Source: Ignisphaera sp. (GTDB lineage: Archaea; Thermoproteota; Thermoprotei_A; Sulfolobales; Ignisphaeraceae). Taken from it: a DNA stretch of 64,000 bases. The DNA lies in assembly GCA_038889075.1 (NCBI GenBank), contig JAWAHS010000001.1:1-64000 (forward strand), given 5' to 3'. Shown here piece after piece: positions 40,070-49,713 of this stretch. A model generated the notes under the pieces. It saw only the letters and a program-made list of their open reading frames with translations, searched no databases and was not told the DNA's origin. The position numbers and the translations under genes are program-made. Every line of letters begins with the position of its first letter. Position 1 is the first letter of the stretch.

Positions 40070-41260
40070 ATGGTGGACGGTAATCCCCAGTTTTACATAT
40101 TAGATGATGATAGGATTAGAAAGGGAGAAGCAACAGATATCTACTTTATTAGAAGTAGAGATATATTAGAGAAATACGGTTTGTGTGATAGAAAGGTAAG
40201 GTACGAAATTCATGCCTATAGTCTTCCAAAAAACTATAAATGGGCTGTTTTCACAGGACTTGAGGAGGCAATAGCTCTTTTGGCAGATAGAAATATAACG
40301 TTTTACTCTTTACCTGAGGGTACAATATTTAAAGAGATCCAACCGCTAGCGGTGGTAGAGGGAAGGGTATGCGATATCATACATCTTGAAACAGCGTTGC
40401 TCGGTATTTTGAGATTCTATTCTAGTATATCGACGAAAGCGGCAAGGATTAAAAAGTTGGCAGGGGATAAGCAGGTCTTATTTTTTGGATTGAGGGCACA
40501 GCATCCAGCAATCGCTCCGGCATTGGATAGAGCTGCATACATAGGAGGTTGTGATGCCGTATCGGGTGTATCTAGTAAAGAATTCATGGGTATAGAACCT
40601 AAGGGAACAATGCCACATGTATTAATAATAGTCTTTGGCGACCCAGTCAAAGCATTCCAAGCCTTTGATGAGACGATACCTAAAGAAGTCTCTAGAATAG
40701 CGCTGGTCGATACGTTTTATGACGAACGGTATGAGAGTGTGTTGGCAACACAAGTTTTTGGAAAGAAGTTATGGGGAGTACGCTTGGATACTCCAAGGAG
40801 TAGAAGAGGAGATATCTATATGATAGCCCAGGAGGTTAAATGGACACTCAAATTACATGGTTTTAGCGATGTTAAGATTATTATTAGTGGTGGCATTGAT
40901 GAGGATAACATCATAAGATTGAAAGAAGTTGCAGATGGCTTTGGTGTGGGAACTTCCATAGCTTTTCCACCGTCTGTTGACTTAAGTATGGATGTAGTCG
41001 AAATTTATAATGAAGATACAAAAATGTGGATTCCTATTACCAAACGAGGTAAACTCCCTGGAATGAAACAACTCTATAGATGTAGACCCATTTACGAAGA
41101 CTACATAGATATTCCAGGTAAGGAGATAATGTGTAGCGATGGTTCTTTAGCTAAACCAATGCTTGTTAAGTATTTAGACAATGGTCGGCTAGTAAAGGAT
41201 CTCCCATCACCACAAGAGATAAGGGGGTATGTCCTCGAACAACTTGCCCATATAGAGTGA
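40070..41260 (+). CDS. pncB: Nicotinate phosphoribosyltransferase
   Basis: ATDIYF, FG.R, GTMPH, LVDT, VRLD, SGG, FGVGT. Confidence 0.93.
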   Translation: MVDGNPQFYILDDDRIRKGEATDIYFIRSRDILEKYGLCDRKVRYEIHAYSLPKNYKWAVFTGLEEAIALLADRNITFYSLPEGTIFKEIQPLAVVEGRVCDIIHLETALLGILRFYSSISTKAARIKKLAGDKQVLFFGLRAQHPAIAPALDRAAYIGGCDAVSGVSSKEFMGIEPKGTMPHVLIIVFGDPVKAFQAFDETIPKEVSRIALVDTFYDERYESVLATQVFGKKLWGVRLDTPRSRRGDIYMIAQEVKWTLKLHGFSDVKIIISGGIDEDNIIRLKEVADGFGVGTSIAFPPSVDLSMDVVEIYNEDTKMWIPITKRGKLPGMKQLYRCRPIYEDYIDIPGKEIMCSDGSLAKPMLVKYLDNGRLVKDLPSPQEIRGYVLEQLAHIE

Positions 41261-41317
41261 TGTTTGTAGGAGATCAGTTTTTAAATTCTTATAAGCCTAA
41301 TATATTATCAGGTATAT

Positions 41318-42025
41318 TTGATGAGGATCATAGTTATAAAAATTGATGATAAGCTGTATGAAGAACTTGAGAAAAGGGTGAAGGATGAAGGTCTTCTAAC
41401 TATTTCAGAATACATAAGGTCTCTCATAATGAGAGAGCTAGGTAAACAAAGTGTGGATGAGGTGGGTGATGCTTCAAGGAGATCTCAATTGGTATTGGAT
41501 AGAATTGTTTCGTTGGTAGAGAGGAGAATTCAAGATAGAATAAATCCCTTTACTTTTAAGATAGATGAATTGAGTAGAAAAACAGCTGAAGTTATAGAAA
41601 GAATCGAAGGAATAGAACAGAAAATTGTAGAAATAGAAGAAAAGTTAAAAACAAGAGGCGAAACTGAGACACGTATGAAAGTGGAACACAAGACTGCTAG
41701 GAAAACAGCTATCGATATATTAAAGGAGCAGAAAGTTATATTTGAAAGAGATATTGCTAGTCGAATTAAAGATAGAGAGAGTTTCTTTGCAAAACTTGAA
41801 CAAAGTAGTGCAAAGGTTATTGAAGCAAAAGATGAGAGGATAGCTGTTGACCCAAACTTTTGGGAAAGCTTTATAAGAAAGCTATCAACGATAACTACAA
41901 ATAATGATGATGATATCAAGAAGATACTGGACTCTATAGAAAGTAGATTGTTCTATAAATTAAAGGAATCTGCATTATTAGTATATGATAACATAACTAA
42001 AAAATGGCATATACTAATAACATGA
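41318..42025 (+). CDS. Ribbon-helix-helix (CopG) protein with long coiled coil
   Basis: N-terminal IIVIKIDDKLYEEL...TISEYIRSLI RHH; central heptad repeats. Confidence 0.8.
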   Translation: MMRIIVIKIDDKLYEELEKRVKDEGLLTISEYIRSLIMRELGKQSVDEVGDASRRSQLVLDRIVSLVERRIQDRINPFTFKIDELSRKTAEVIERIEGIEQKIVEIEEKLKTRGETETRMKVEHKTARKTAIDILKEQKVIFERDIASRIKDRESFFAKLEQSSAKVIEAKDERIAVDPNFWESFIRKLSTITTNNDDDIKKILDSIESRLFYKLKESALLVYDNITKKWHILIT

Positions 42026-42026
42026 G

Positions 42027-42087
42027 CTGATGAAAGCCCAGCCCGTCCTGAGCTAGAAGGTGCTATGATGTTAGAATCCCCAACTGA
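42027..42087 (+). ncRNA. Box C/D guide sRNA
   Basis: CTGATGA-aagcccagcccgtc-CTGA-(13 nt)-ATGATGT-tagaatccccaa-CTGA, directly after the RHH stop codon. Confidence 0.82.
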
Positions 42088-42115
42088 TTCTTATCTAATA
42101 GTACTATACTCATCT

Positions 42116-42640
42116 TCATCGCGATTTAAAGGTTCTCGAACATTTAATGAAGTCATCCATGTAGTGTTGCAGTATTGTTTTTAATGTACCCAGTATATCT
42201 AATAGCAAACTTTTTCTGGCTATAATACTATCAACTTCATTTAATGACAAAACTTCTTTTAACGAATTTATATGGTACTCTATTGCATTGCTGTATAAGC
42301 TAATGCTCTTATCATTGAAGCTTACATGCATACCTGCACCATTATAAGCTATAGTTACCCTTGGTTCAAACCTTACTAATGAAATATGATTGTGATCTTC
42401 CGTATAAAACCATTGAAAACATATCCTACCACTTTTCACATTCATGTAAGCACTATCAAGCATTGAAGCATTGCTTAGGAATTTTCTCAAGGATGATACA
42501 AGTGACATTAATTCAGATAAAACTTGAATGTATTCTTTACTAGCCTCTTCCCTTACTGCTCTATCTACTCTTTCATCTACTTCCTTATACAGATTGTTAA
42601 CGTATTGCAACATACTATTTGATATGTTCAATATTAGCAC
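42116..42640 (-). CDS. Hypothetical protein
   Basis: 174-aa ORF; no motif recognised. Confidence 0.6.
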   Translation of the reverse strand: MLILNISNSMLQYVNNLYKEVDERVDRAVREEASKEYIQVLSELMSLVSSLRKFLSNASMLDSAYMNVKSGRICFQWFYTEDHNHISLVRFEPRVTIAYNGAGMHVSFNDKSISLYSNAIEYHINSLKEVLSLNEVDSIIARKSLLLDILGTLKTILQHYMDDFIKCSRTFKSR

Positions 42641-42834
42641 CTAAAGATACTTTAAGATATGCGCTTATTAATTTATAGTAACGATTGAACATGGTGCACG
42701 ATCATTATTCGAATTAAAAATAGTATTAAAAATGATTTTTCTCTTACTATGAAGTTGGCAACATTCTCTAATAAATAATCTTATGATACTAAACCTCTTG
42801 TTAGAGGTGTATTATAATAAATTCTATTTAGTGA

Positions 42835-43131
42835 CTACAGTTGTTTGGTATACATCGTTTTGTATTTTAATCTTGAAGATATAACACAATAGAAGCAGAT
42901 TCGGCGAACTTCATCTACTTCAACAGAACAATTGTGGCATATTTTTCGGCCACATATACTGCATCTTGCTATTGATAGGTTATCATTACAAACATTGCAT
43001 GTGCTCTCTCTACATATAGTGCAACGTTTATTATAGTTGTCAAAATGGTTTTTGCAGACATATCTATTGCATATTGGACATCTAAATTCTGCAGGTAATT
43101 CATCGCATATTTCGCAAATTTTAGCATACAT
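42835..43131 (-). CDS. Multi-CxxC zinc-finger protein
   Basis: Two tandem CxxC..CxxC..CxxH/C..CxxC units. Confidence 0.8.
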   Translation of the reverse strand: MYAKICEICDELPAEFRCPICNRYVCKNHFDNYNKRCTICRESTCNVCNDNLSIARCSICGRKICHNCSVEVDEVRRICFYCVISSRLKYKTMYTKQL

Positions 43132-43221
43132 ATTTAATACCTTTCGAACACTAACTTAGTTTGGGATGACCTTAGGAGCACCTCTGAATAAAAATGATGC
43201 TAGGTGGAGCGACGGGGACCG

Positions 43222-43554
43222 TTAAACTATCTTTATGTTTACATTGGTTTCTCTAGAAAACTCTTCTATGAAAGGATCTTCATGAGATCCATATATTGAG
43301 TTACAGGAAGATAGTATTTTCACTAATCGGTGCTGTTTTTCTTCGATATATATACGTATTCCAATATCTATGTATTTAGTAAAGGCATCTCTGTATTTAA
43401 AAACATCCTTTATGCTGTTACTATAAAATATTATGTTAATGAAGGTTGCTCCCCGTCTTCTCGCTTCCAGCACTACAGTATTTATCAACGTCATTAGAAC
43501 TTCTATTGGTATTTTATCGGAGGTTAATATACACATCAATGCTGCCATACCCAC
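43222..43554 (-). CDS. Hypothetical protein
   Basis: Overlaps the cysS 3' end, co-oriented. Confidence 0.6.
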   Translation of the reverse strand: MGMAALMCILTSDKIPIEVLMTLINTVVLEARRRGATFINIIFYSNSIKDVFKYRDAFTKYIDIGIRIYIEEKQHRLVKILSSCNSIYGSHEDPFIEEFSRETNVNIKIV

Positions 43555-44966
43555 TTGCTTCCATTTTTGTAGTCCAGCACCTTTACACCTATATTTAAGA
43601 GTTCATTTCTTATTTTGTCACTAAGTTCATATTCTTTTCTTTTCCTTAATTCAGTTCTTATGTTTATTATAAGTTCTATTAGTTTTTCAATAACCTCTGA
43701 GTTTACTTGAGAGCTATCTATAAAGTATTTGTCTAGTACTCCCAGTATTCTATTGAAGTTCCAGAGGATATGATATGCTCTGGAAGCGAGGATGTAGTTT
43801 TCTCTATGTTCAATACTCTTAAATATGAGTGATATAAGCCTGTGCACAGACTCTAAGGCTTTTGATGTATTGAAATCATCACTCATTGCATTATAAAATG
43901 ATATGTTTATATCTTCAAGGCTTCTTAATACTTCAAGATCAGATTCCTTAAGGCTAAATATTTGATGTGAAGATTTAACCATCTTTCTTAATGTTTCAAT
44001 AGCAAGAACAAGCCTTTCATAGACATTCTTATAATTTTCCATAACATTTTCATTGAATTCTAACTGTTTTCTATAATGGGCAGAAAAGACCCATAGGCGA
44101 ATCACCTCTGGACCCCAGCGCTTAATAGCCTCCTTGGCCAATACTATATTTCCTAAACTTTTGCTCATCTTTTCACCTCTTATTGTTAGATAGCCTATAT
44201 GAACCCAGTATTTCACCCAGGGTTTTACCCCAAAAGCACTCTCAGCCATAGCTATTTCATTTTCATGGTGTGGAAAAATCAGGTCCTGACCTCCTCCATG
44301 AATATCAAAACGCTCCCCAAGGTATTTCGTACTCATCACGGTGCATTCAGTGTGCCATCCAGGTCTACCACGCCCCCATGGCGAATTCCACCATGGTTCT
44401 CCAGGTTTTGCCGCTTTCCATAATGCAAAATCATAGGGATTCCTCTTTTCAGCGAGAAATTCTTCCTCTTGGCGCCACTCCTCTGCATTGAACCTTTTCG
44501 ACAGTTTTCCATAGTCCTCTAACATAGAAATGTCAAAATATACGGAACCGCTTTGAGTAACATAAGCATATCCCTTGTTAATTAAGACTTGAATGAATTT
44601 TATAATCTCCTCTATATGTTCAGAAACGCGAGGATGTACATCTATTTTGATGTTGAGATCCTGTAAAACGTCCAGATATTCTTTTGCGAATCTATCTGAG
44701 ATTTCCTTCCACGTAACTCCTTCATCCAGAGCTCTTTTTATTATCTTATCATCTATATCGGTAATATTTTGAACGTGTATTACATCATAGCCATTTAACT
44801 GTAGATATCTCTTTATAAAATCAAATGCTAGGTACGCTCTTACATGCCCTAGATGTGTATAATCGTATACTGTAGGTCCACAGAAGTATACCTTTACTAT
44901 AGGTGGTGTAATCGGTTCAAATACCTCCTCTGTACGGGATAGTGTATTATACAGCTTTATTGGCAC
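43536..44966 (-). CDS. cysS: Cysteine--tRNA ligase
   Basis: CGPTVY..HLGH, GRPGWH.EC, FPHHENE, KMSKS. Confidence 0.97.
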   Translation of the reverse strand: MPIKLYNTLSRTEEVFEPITPPIVKVYFCGPTVYDYTHLGHVRAYLAFDFIKRYLQLNGYDVIHVQNITDIDDKIIKRALDEGVTWKEISDRFAKEYLDVLQDLNIKIDVHPRVSEHIEEIIKFIQVLINKGYAYVTQSGSVYFDISMLEDYGKLSKRFNAEEWRQEEEFLAEKRNPYDFALWKAAKPGEPWWNSPWGRGRPGWHTECTVMSTKYLGERFDIHGGGQDLIFPHHENEIAMAESAFGVKPWVKYWVHIGYLTIRGEKMSKSLGNIVLAKEAIKRWGPEVIRLWVFSAHYRKQLEFNENVMENYKNVYERLVLAIETLRKMVKSSHQIFSLKESDLEVLRSLEDINISFYNAMSDDFNTSKALESVHRLISLIFKSIEHRENYILASRAYHILWNFNRILGVLDKYFIDSSQVNSEVIEKLIELIINIRTELRKRKEYELSDKIRNELLNIGVKVLDYKNGSKWVWQH

Positions 44967-45109
44967 AAATGTTCATCACCATAATATACTATAATTGCTA
45001 TAAATTAAAACTTTATGCTAAATAGCTACTAAAACACACTCTTAATAATGAGCATCGTATATAATTAGCTTATTAAATTCCTTACAATAAATATTACAGG
45101 ATATGTGGG

Positions 45110-45541
45110 GTGGCCCTAGTGAATCAATACTATTCGATAAAAAGAAGAGGCGTAGCTATAGTGAATGAGAGATTTGAGGGCAGGAGTTTAGAGGTTCATG
45201 TCGTTAATGGAGAAAAGCTTATGGGGGTAGTTGATGAAGTGGCACTATACGAATTAGGGATGTCGATTGAAAATACTCCGACAATAATCTCTAGGAATTC
45301 CATACTATACGTTGTTACAGGTTTAAGCGATATACATGGTATGGGGGAGTGTTGTGAAAAAGAATATGTTCTGGATGAAGAGTTCATAGGATCAGATGTT
45401 CTTACAAAACTTGTTAATGGAAACGAAATTGAAGGACGTTTAATAAAGATAACAAGAGATGAAGTAGGTCTAGCACAAGGCAATAAGGCTGTTATAATAC
45501 CCAGGAGAAGCATCCTATATTTGAAGATATTAGGGAGATGA
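45110..45541 (+). CDS. Tandem Sm/Hfq-like (LSm fold) domain protein
   Basis: Two internal repeats F.G..V.V..VNG..(L/I).G.......E.G......II.R.SILY, resembling Hfq Sm1/Sm2; alternative start GTG 45161. Confidence 0.72.
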   Translation: MALVNQYYSIKRRGVAIVNERFEGRSLEVHVVNGEKLMGVVDEVALYELGMSIENTPTIISRNSILYVVTGLSDIHGMGECCEKEYVLDEEFIGSDVLTKLVNGNEIEGRLIKITRDEVGLAQGNKAVIIPRRSILYLKILGR

Positions 45542-46095
45542 CATTGAATTTTAATATCATTATAACATGCGAACCCGGCAGGGAGAATATAGATTGGGCA
45601 TTTTCACAGATTAATAGCTGTATTGGAACTTCGTACATTGTTGTAAAAGTTAGATCTTCACTTATCTTAATAAATATCGCAGATCCCTATTCCACATGGT
45701 ATAAACTGAAATCATGCCTATACGGAAAAGATACTCCGATACACCGGGTTATACCAGTAGATAGTGTAGTGGAACCTATAATTGATAGAATAGTAGAGGA
45801 AGCTCAAAAATACGCATTAGCTAGAATACCTCAGAATGCCTCCTTCAGAATAACATTACATGGCAAGGTATATTCTATTAATGAAAGGAAAAGGCTTGTG
45901 AAGCTTTCCAGCATTGAAGCTATAAAGATGATAGCTGAGGGTATTGACCGTAGGGTAGATTTAGAGAATCCGGACTGGGTTATCTACGTAAGATCAGTAC
46001 CAATAAGGAGATGGAGTGTAGTGACAGCTATAAGTGTTGCTAAATCTATAGTATTCAAAAACATAAGAATTGGAGAGCCTGCAAATCCTTTATAA
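45538..46095 (+). CDS. Stand-alone THUMP-domain protein (Tan1-like)
   Basis: IITCEPGRE, RVIPVD, SFRITL, RVDLENPD.VI; ATGA overlap with the upstream gene. Confidence 0.88.
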   Translation: MTLNFNIIITCEPGRENIDWAFSQINSCIGTSYIVVKVRSSLILINIADPYSTWYKLKSCLYGKDTPIHRVIPVDSVVEPIIDRIVEEAQKYALARIPQNASFRITLHGKVYSINERKRLVKLSSIEAIKMIAEGIDRRVDLENPDWVIYVRSVPIRRWSVVTAISVAKSIVFKNIRIGEPANPL

Positions 46096-46326
46096 AAATG
46101 GAGTATATGTTTGTATACCACCAAATCTTGTTTCTCTAGATGAAATTTTTAACGTGAATATACCTACTAAGATAAATGTTATCGCTATTATAGTAAGTAA
46201 CAGTACTAGCGGTGTAATGCTACCTAATGGAGCAAATACTATTCTCAGTATAGATGTTTGATCTAGACTATGATTAGGTGTTAGAGGATTTGGCACCCTC
46301 CATGGTACGTCAATATTGCTACTCAT
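46090..46326 (-). CDS. Small membrane protein
   Basis: One TM helix; ATGA-coupled to the DUF2208-like gene. Confidence 0.5.
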   Translation of the reverse strand: MSSNIDVPWRVPNPLTPNHSLDQTSILRIVFAPLGSITPLVLLLTIIAITFILVGIFTLKISSRETRFGGIQTYTPFL

Positions 46327-47018
46327 TTCTGAAACCCATGTTTCTGTATAACTGTTTCAGCTCTATTAATATCAGCTACATAGAGTCTATATATTTGCTT
46401 GGTTCTTCTATCATAAATGTCGATGAAACTCCTTTTATGATTTATTGCAACCTCATATCGATTTGTATCTATAGGAAAGAGTATAGTAATAGAACCCGAT
46501 TTTATACCTCCACTTCTAATCTCATAGCTATTAAGGGGGACGAGCATTCTTTTAGGCATGAAGAAATATGTTACGATTCTCATTAATCCAATCAGAACAC
46601 CATAGAATACTAGATATCGTATAAACAATTCAGATTTAGCTATTAAATTACGTGATACTGGGACGATATATGGAAAAACTGTATAGGAGGCTATAATCCA
46701 TATAACTATCGACAGAGGTAGTAATGCTAAAGATGCAATTACCTGTGGTTTTATCTCTTTATCTATTTCTTGATCTTTCATCATAATTTTTGCAACCTCC
46801 TGACGATCAGCTTTTAATAGAATTGCCCCCTTTACATCACCATATCTTCTTTTCGATAATATGCGTGGTAATGCCATTGATAGGGACATAAATATCATTG
46901 TATAGAGTAGAAATACTACCCATATAAAATCCTGGGGTATGAAAGTGGACACAAATGCGAAGAATACAATTGATATAAGTGTCACCAATATCGTTAAGAT
47001 TCTATTTCTATCCATCAT
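46323..47018 (-). CDS. DUF2208-like membrane protein
   Basis: 4 TM helices plus a soluble beta C-terminus. Confidence 0.65.
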   Translation of the reverse strand: MMDRNRILTILVTLISIVFFAFVSTFIPQDFIWVVFLLYTMIFMSLSMALPRILSKRRYGDVKGAILLKADRQEVAKIMMKDQEIDKEIKPQVIASLALLPLSIVIWIIASYTVFPYIVPVSRNLIAKSELFIRYLVFYGVLIGLMRIVTYFFMPKRMLVPLNSYEIRSGGIKSGSITILFPIDTNRYEVAINHKRSFIDIYDRRTKQIYRLYVADINRAETVIQKHGFQK

Positions 47019-47076
47019 TTTACTAACCTATTTCAGTTAGGTAAATATGATATGGTGTAGATATTTAAAAATTAGT

Positions 47077-47289
47077 TTACCTTATATACTTAACTCTACT
47101 TATAAGTAGCTTATCACTATCTAACCTTGCATCTAGCTGTTCAATTTTTTCTTTATGACGACATGTAGTACAAACATAACTATAGGATACTATAGACCTT
47201 CTTTCTCTATATTCAGCCTCTATAACGAGTCGAAGTTCGCTGCCACACCTTGGGCAGGGATTTGCTGGAAGGAGTCTATGTTCTAACAT
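47077..47289 (-). CDS. Zn-ribbon protein
   Basis: CPRCG...Y.CTTC. Confidence 0.75.
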   Translation of the reverse strand: MLEHRLLPANPCPRCGSELRLVIEAEYRERRSIVSYSYVCTTCRHKEKIEQLDARLDSDKLLISRVKYIR

Positions 47290-47536
47290 TATCTGGCAAC
47301 CTCTATTTTTATTATTACGATTATTGATGTTTATCAGGTCTCTGCTAGCTCTCCAGTAATAGTAAGCTACAGACAGTTCAAAAACTTTTTGTGGCTAATG
47401 AAATAGATCATATTACGGTTCTACAAATCTACGACGAATATGATGAGCACAAATAAATCTTAGAAATTAGAAAACAATAGGATTCTCCTTTGCATCTTTT
47501 TAGGATAAGAGGAGATTGTAATAGAATGTAGAATGT

Positions 47537-48535
47537 TTATAAGGTACTATTGGCAGAAAGAGTATCAGTAGCTGCTATTTTCATATTATTAATTAATTTG
47601 TCATGAATTATACAAAGTTCTGCAGCATTCATATCTTTTATCTTTTTGCTGTATTCTACAAGCCATGCAAAACCATTGCATTCTGAAAGTGTATCTGCAA
47701 AATAATGAACTATCCATGCATTTATAATGGCTCTTCCACGGAAGGTTGATAGCATTTCATCTAGATTATCCACATATGGAAATCTCGTTTCCGTAAGTGC
47801 TTTTAGTAGAATTTCCCAGTCTTGTATAGTTAAATCCTTTCTGCCAAAGGAAGCTTTACCATTTCCAACATATCTTTCACCACGTCCTGGTATGATTATC
47901 TTTCCGTAGGCTGCCTTTGTTCTCCATGAACTAGAATCTAGTGAATACACGTTTAGAGTTTTTAACACATTATACATAGTAGAGGTACCTCCTACCCCTA
48001 GTGCATGCACTTTTCCTCTAAATGTCTTTGAGATTATAGTAAGTGCCACTATTGGCACTACCCTACTTCCCTTACCATTCTTAGCAAGAGTAGGAGGGAC
48101 AATACCGCCAAATGCGATTAACTCAACACCATATCTTTTATAAGTATCGATTGCTTCTAGCATGCTATAGCAGTCATAACAGTGAATTACGGGGATTATT
48201 TTTTTATCCTCTAGCTTTGTGTACAGTACTTCAAAATTTTTAATATTTTCTAAAAGTTGCTGTCTTGTTATTAAGCAAAATTGTCTTGGAGGAATATCGA
48301 GTGATATATATATATCTGCATCGAGAATACCATACTTTTTAATGACATCTTCTAAGGCAATCTTTAGTCCTCTAATCATTATTTGATATCCACCTGAATC
48401 AACCCACATACTTGAAACATTTGGTTTCGGCCATCTCCATCTTAAGCTATTTACCATGACATCTATATCTTGTATGTATTCCCAAAGTTTTATCATTGTA
48501 TCAGGAATTCCAAAAACTATTCTTGGACTCGCCAT
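47537..48535 (-). CDS. tRNA-guanine transglycosylase (TGT/DpdA) superfamily paralog
   Basis: WVDSGGYQ, SLDIPP, IPVIH, AFGG, HALG, SLDSSSW; no Zn site or PUA domain. Start ATG 48535 preferred. Confidence 0.85.
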   Translation of the reverse strand: MASPRIVFGIPDTMIKLWEYIQDIDVMVNSLRWRWPKPNVSSMWVDSGGYQIMIRGLKIALEDVIKKYGILDADIYISLDIPPRQFCLITRQQLLENIKNFEVLYTKLEDKKIIPVIHCYDCYSMLEAIDTYKRYGVELIAFGGIVPPTLAKNGKGSRVVPIVALTIISKTFRGKVHALGVGGTSTMYNVLKTLNVYSLDSSSWRTKAAYGKIIIPGRGERYVGNGKASFGRKDLTIQDWEILLKALTETRFPYVDNLDEMLSTFRGRAIINAWIVHYFADTLSECNGFAWLVEYSKKIKDMNAAELCIIHDKLINNMKIAATDTLSANSTL

Positions 48536-48654
48536 TGCAATACCATTCCCACCATCAATTCTATTTATATACATATTCACTATTAGTCTTTGTATCCGCA
48601 AATATATTTAAGGGGCTATACACATCACATTACTATAGTGGTGTCTCTAAGGAA

Positions 48655-49626
48655 ATGAAAGACCATCTACTGAAATTAGCAAAATTAGTTAAGCGTCACC
48701 CGGGTTCACTACTAACTTTCTACGATGATGCTGGAGACTTAACTTATAATTCAACACGGCTTCTTGTTAAGGTCGATGGTTTTGCATTTTCGAGGGCTCG
48801 ATATAGATGGTGTAGCTATAGAGATGTAGGATTTAGAGCTGTTACGGCCGCGGTTAGTGACGTCATCGCTAAAGGTTGTAAACCGGCAATCTATGCTTTA
48901 TCGATAGGATTGGCAAGGGACTCAATTAATGAACTAGAAAATGTTATAAAGGGTGCTACAGACGCCATTGCTGTGTATGGAGGCTATATCGCTAACATAG
49001 ATACAAATTCCGGTAATGATGATTGGATAGACGTATTCGTTCTTGCTGATTGCAGATGTGTACCTATACCTAGAATGGTTAGACCGCAGAGCGTGCTCCT
49101 ACTTCCCCGTAGGATTGGTGATACGGTCATAGCTTACATATCCCATTATAGTAATGATATTAGTAGTCTTAGTGAAAATGTTATTGAAGTGTCATGCAGA
49201 CCGTTGGTGGAATTAAAACTTGTAGAAATTATTGAAAAATATAGGGAATGCATTGTCGGTTCAATAGATGTAAGTGATACATTTGCTGAAACACTCTACG
49301 ATCTTATGAAAGCTTCGGGATACGGAATTCTATTAAATATACCACCCTACAATATTGCGTCCTACAGTCTTCTTAATTTTTACTATACTAATAGAGATTA
49401 TTACAATGATATAACAGAACTCATCTTAATGGCAAATGAAGAATACATTCCGATGCTAGCAGTCAATGAGTGGTGCGTCGATGAGTTGGTTCTATCACTT
49501 GCATCAGTAGGATTTGAACCAAAGATATTAGGTTATGGAACAGTAGGAAGAGAAATCACTTGGATGGGGAGAAAGGTTCTGGAAATTAGTTGGGATCACA
49601 TATCTTCAAAAATAATCTATAGATAA
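48655..49626 (+). CDS. thiL: Thiamine-monophosphate kinase (PurM fold)
   Basis: DDA, KVDG, AVSDVIAKG, DT, IDVSD, NEEY; start ATG 48655. Confidence 0.75.
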   Translation: MKDHLLKLAKLVKRHPGSLLTFYDDAGDLTYNSTRLLVKVDGFAFSRARYRWCSYRDVGFRAVTAAVSDVIAKGCKPAIYALSIGLARDSINELENVIKGATDAIAVYGGYIANIDTNSGNDDWIDVFVLADCRCVPIPRMVRPQSVLLLPRRIGDTVIAYISHYSNDISSLSENVIEVSCRPLVELKLVEIIEKYRECIVGSIDVSDTFAETLYDLMKASGYGILLNIPPYNIASYSLLNFYYTNRDYYNDITELILMANEEYIPMLAVNEWCVDELVLSLASVGFEPKILGYGTVGREITWMGRKVLEISWDHISSKIIYR

Positions 49627-49713
49627 GTCTATGATGTTTTACTACCGATAGTGTTATATATTGCTTCCATTACTGATTATTAATAGAGTTAAGATGCTTA
49701 AAAGGTGCTATGA

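Noticed and set aside
49631-49676. ATGATGT...CTGA candidate C/D sRNA
   Set aside because: No credible internal D'/C' boxes with proper spacing, and it overlaps the likely tes promoter
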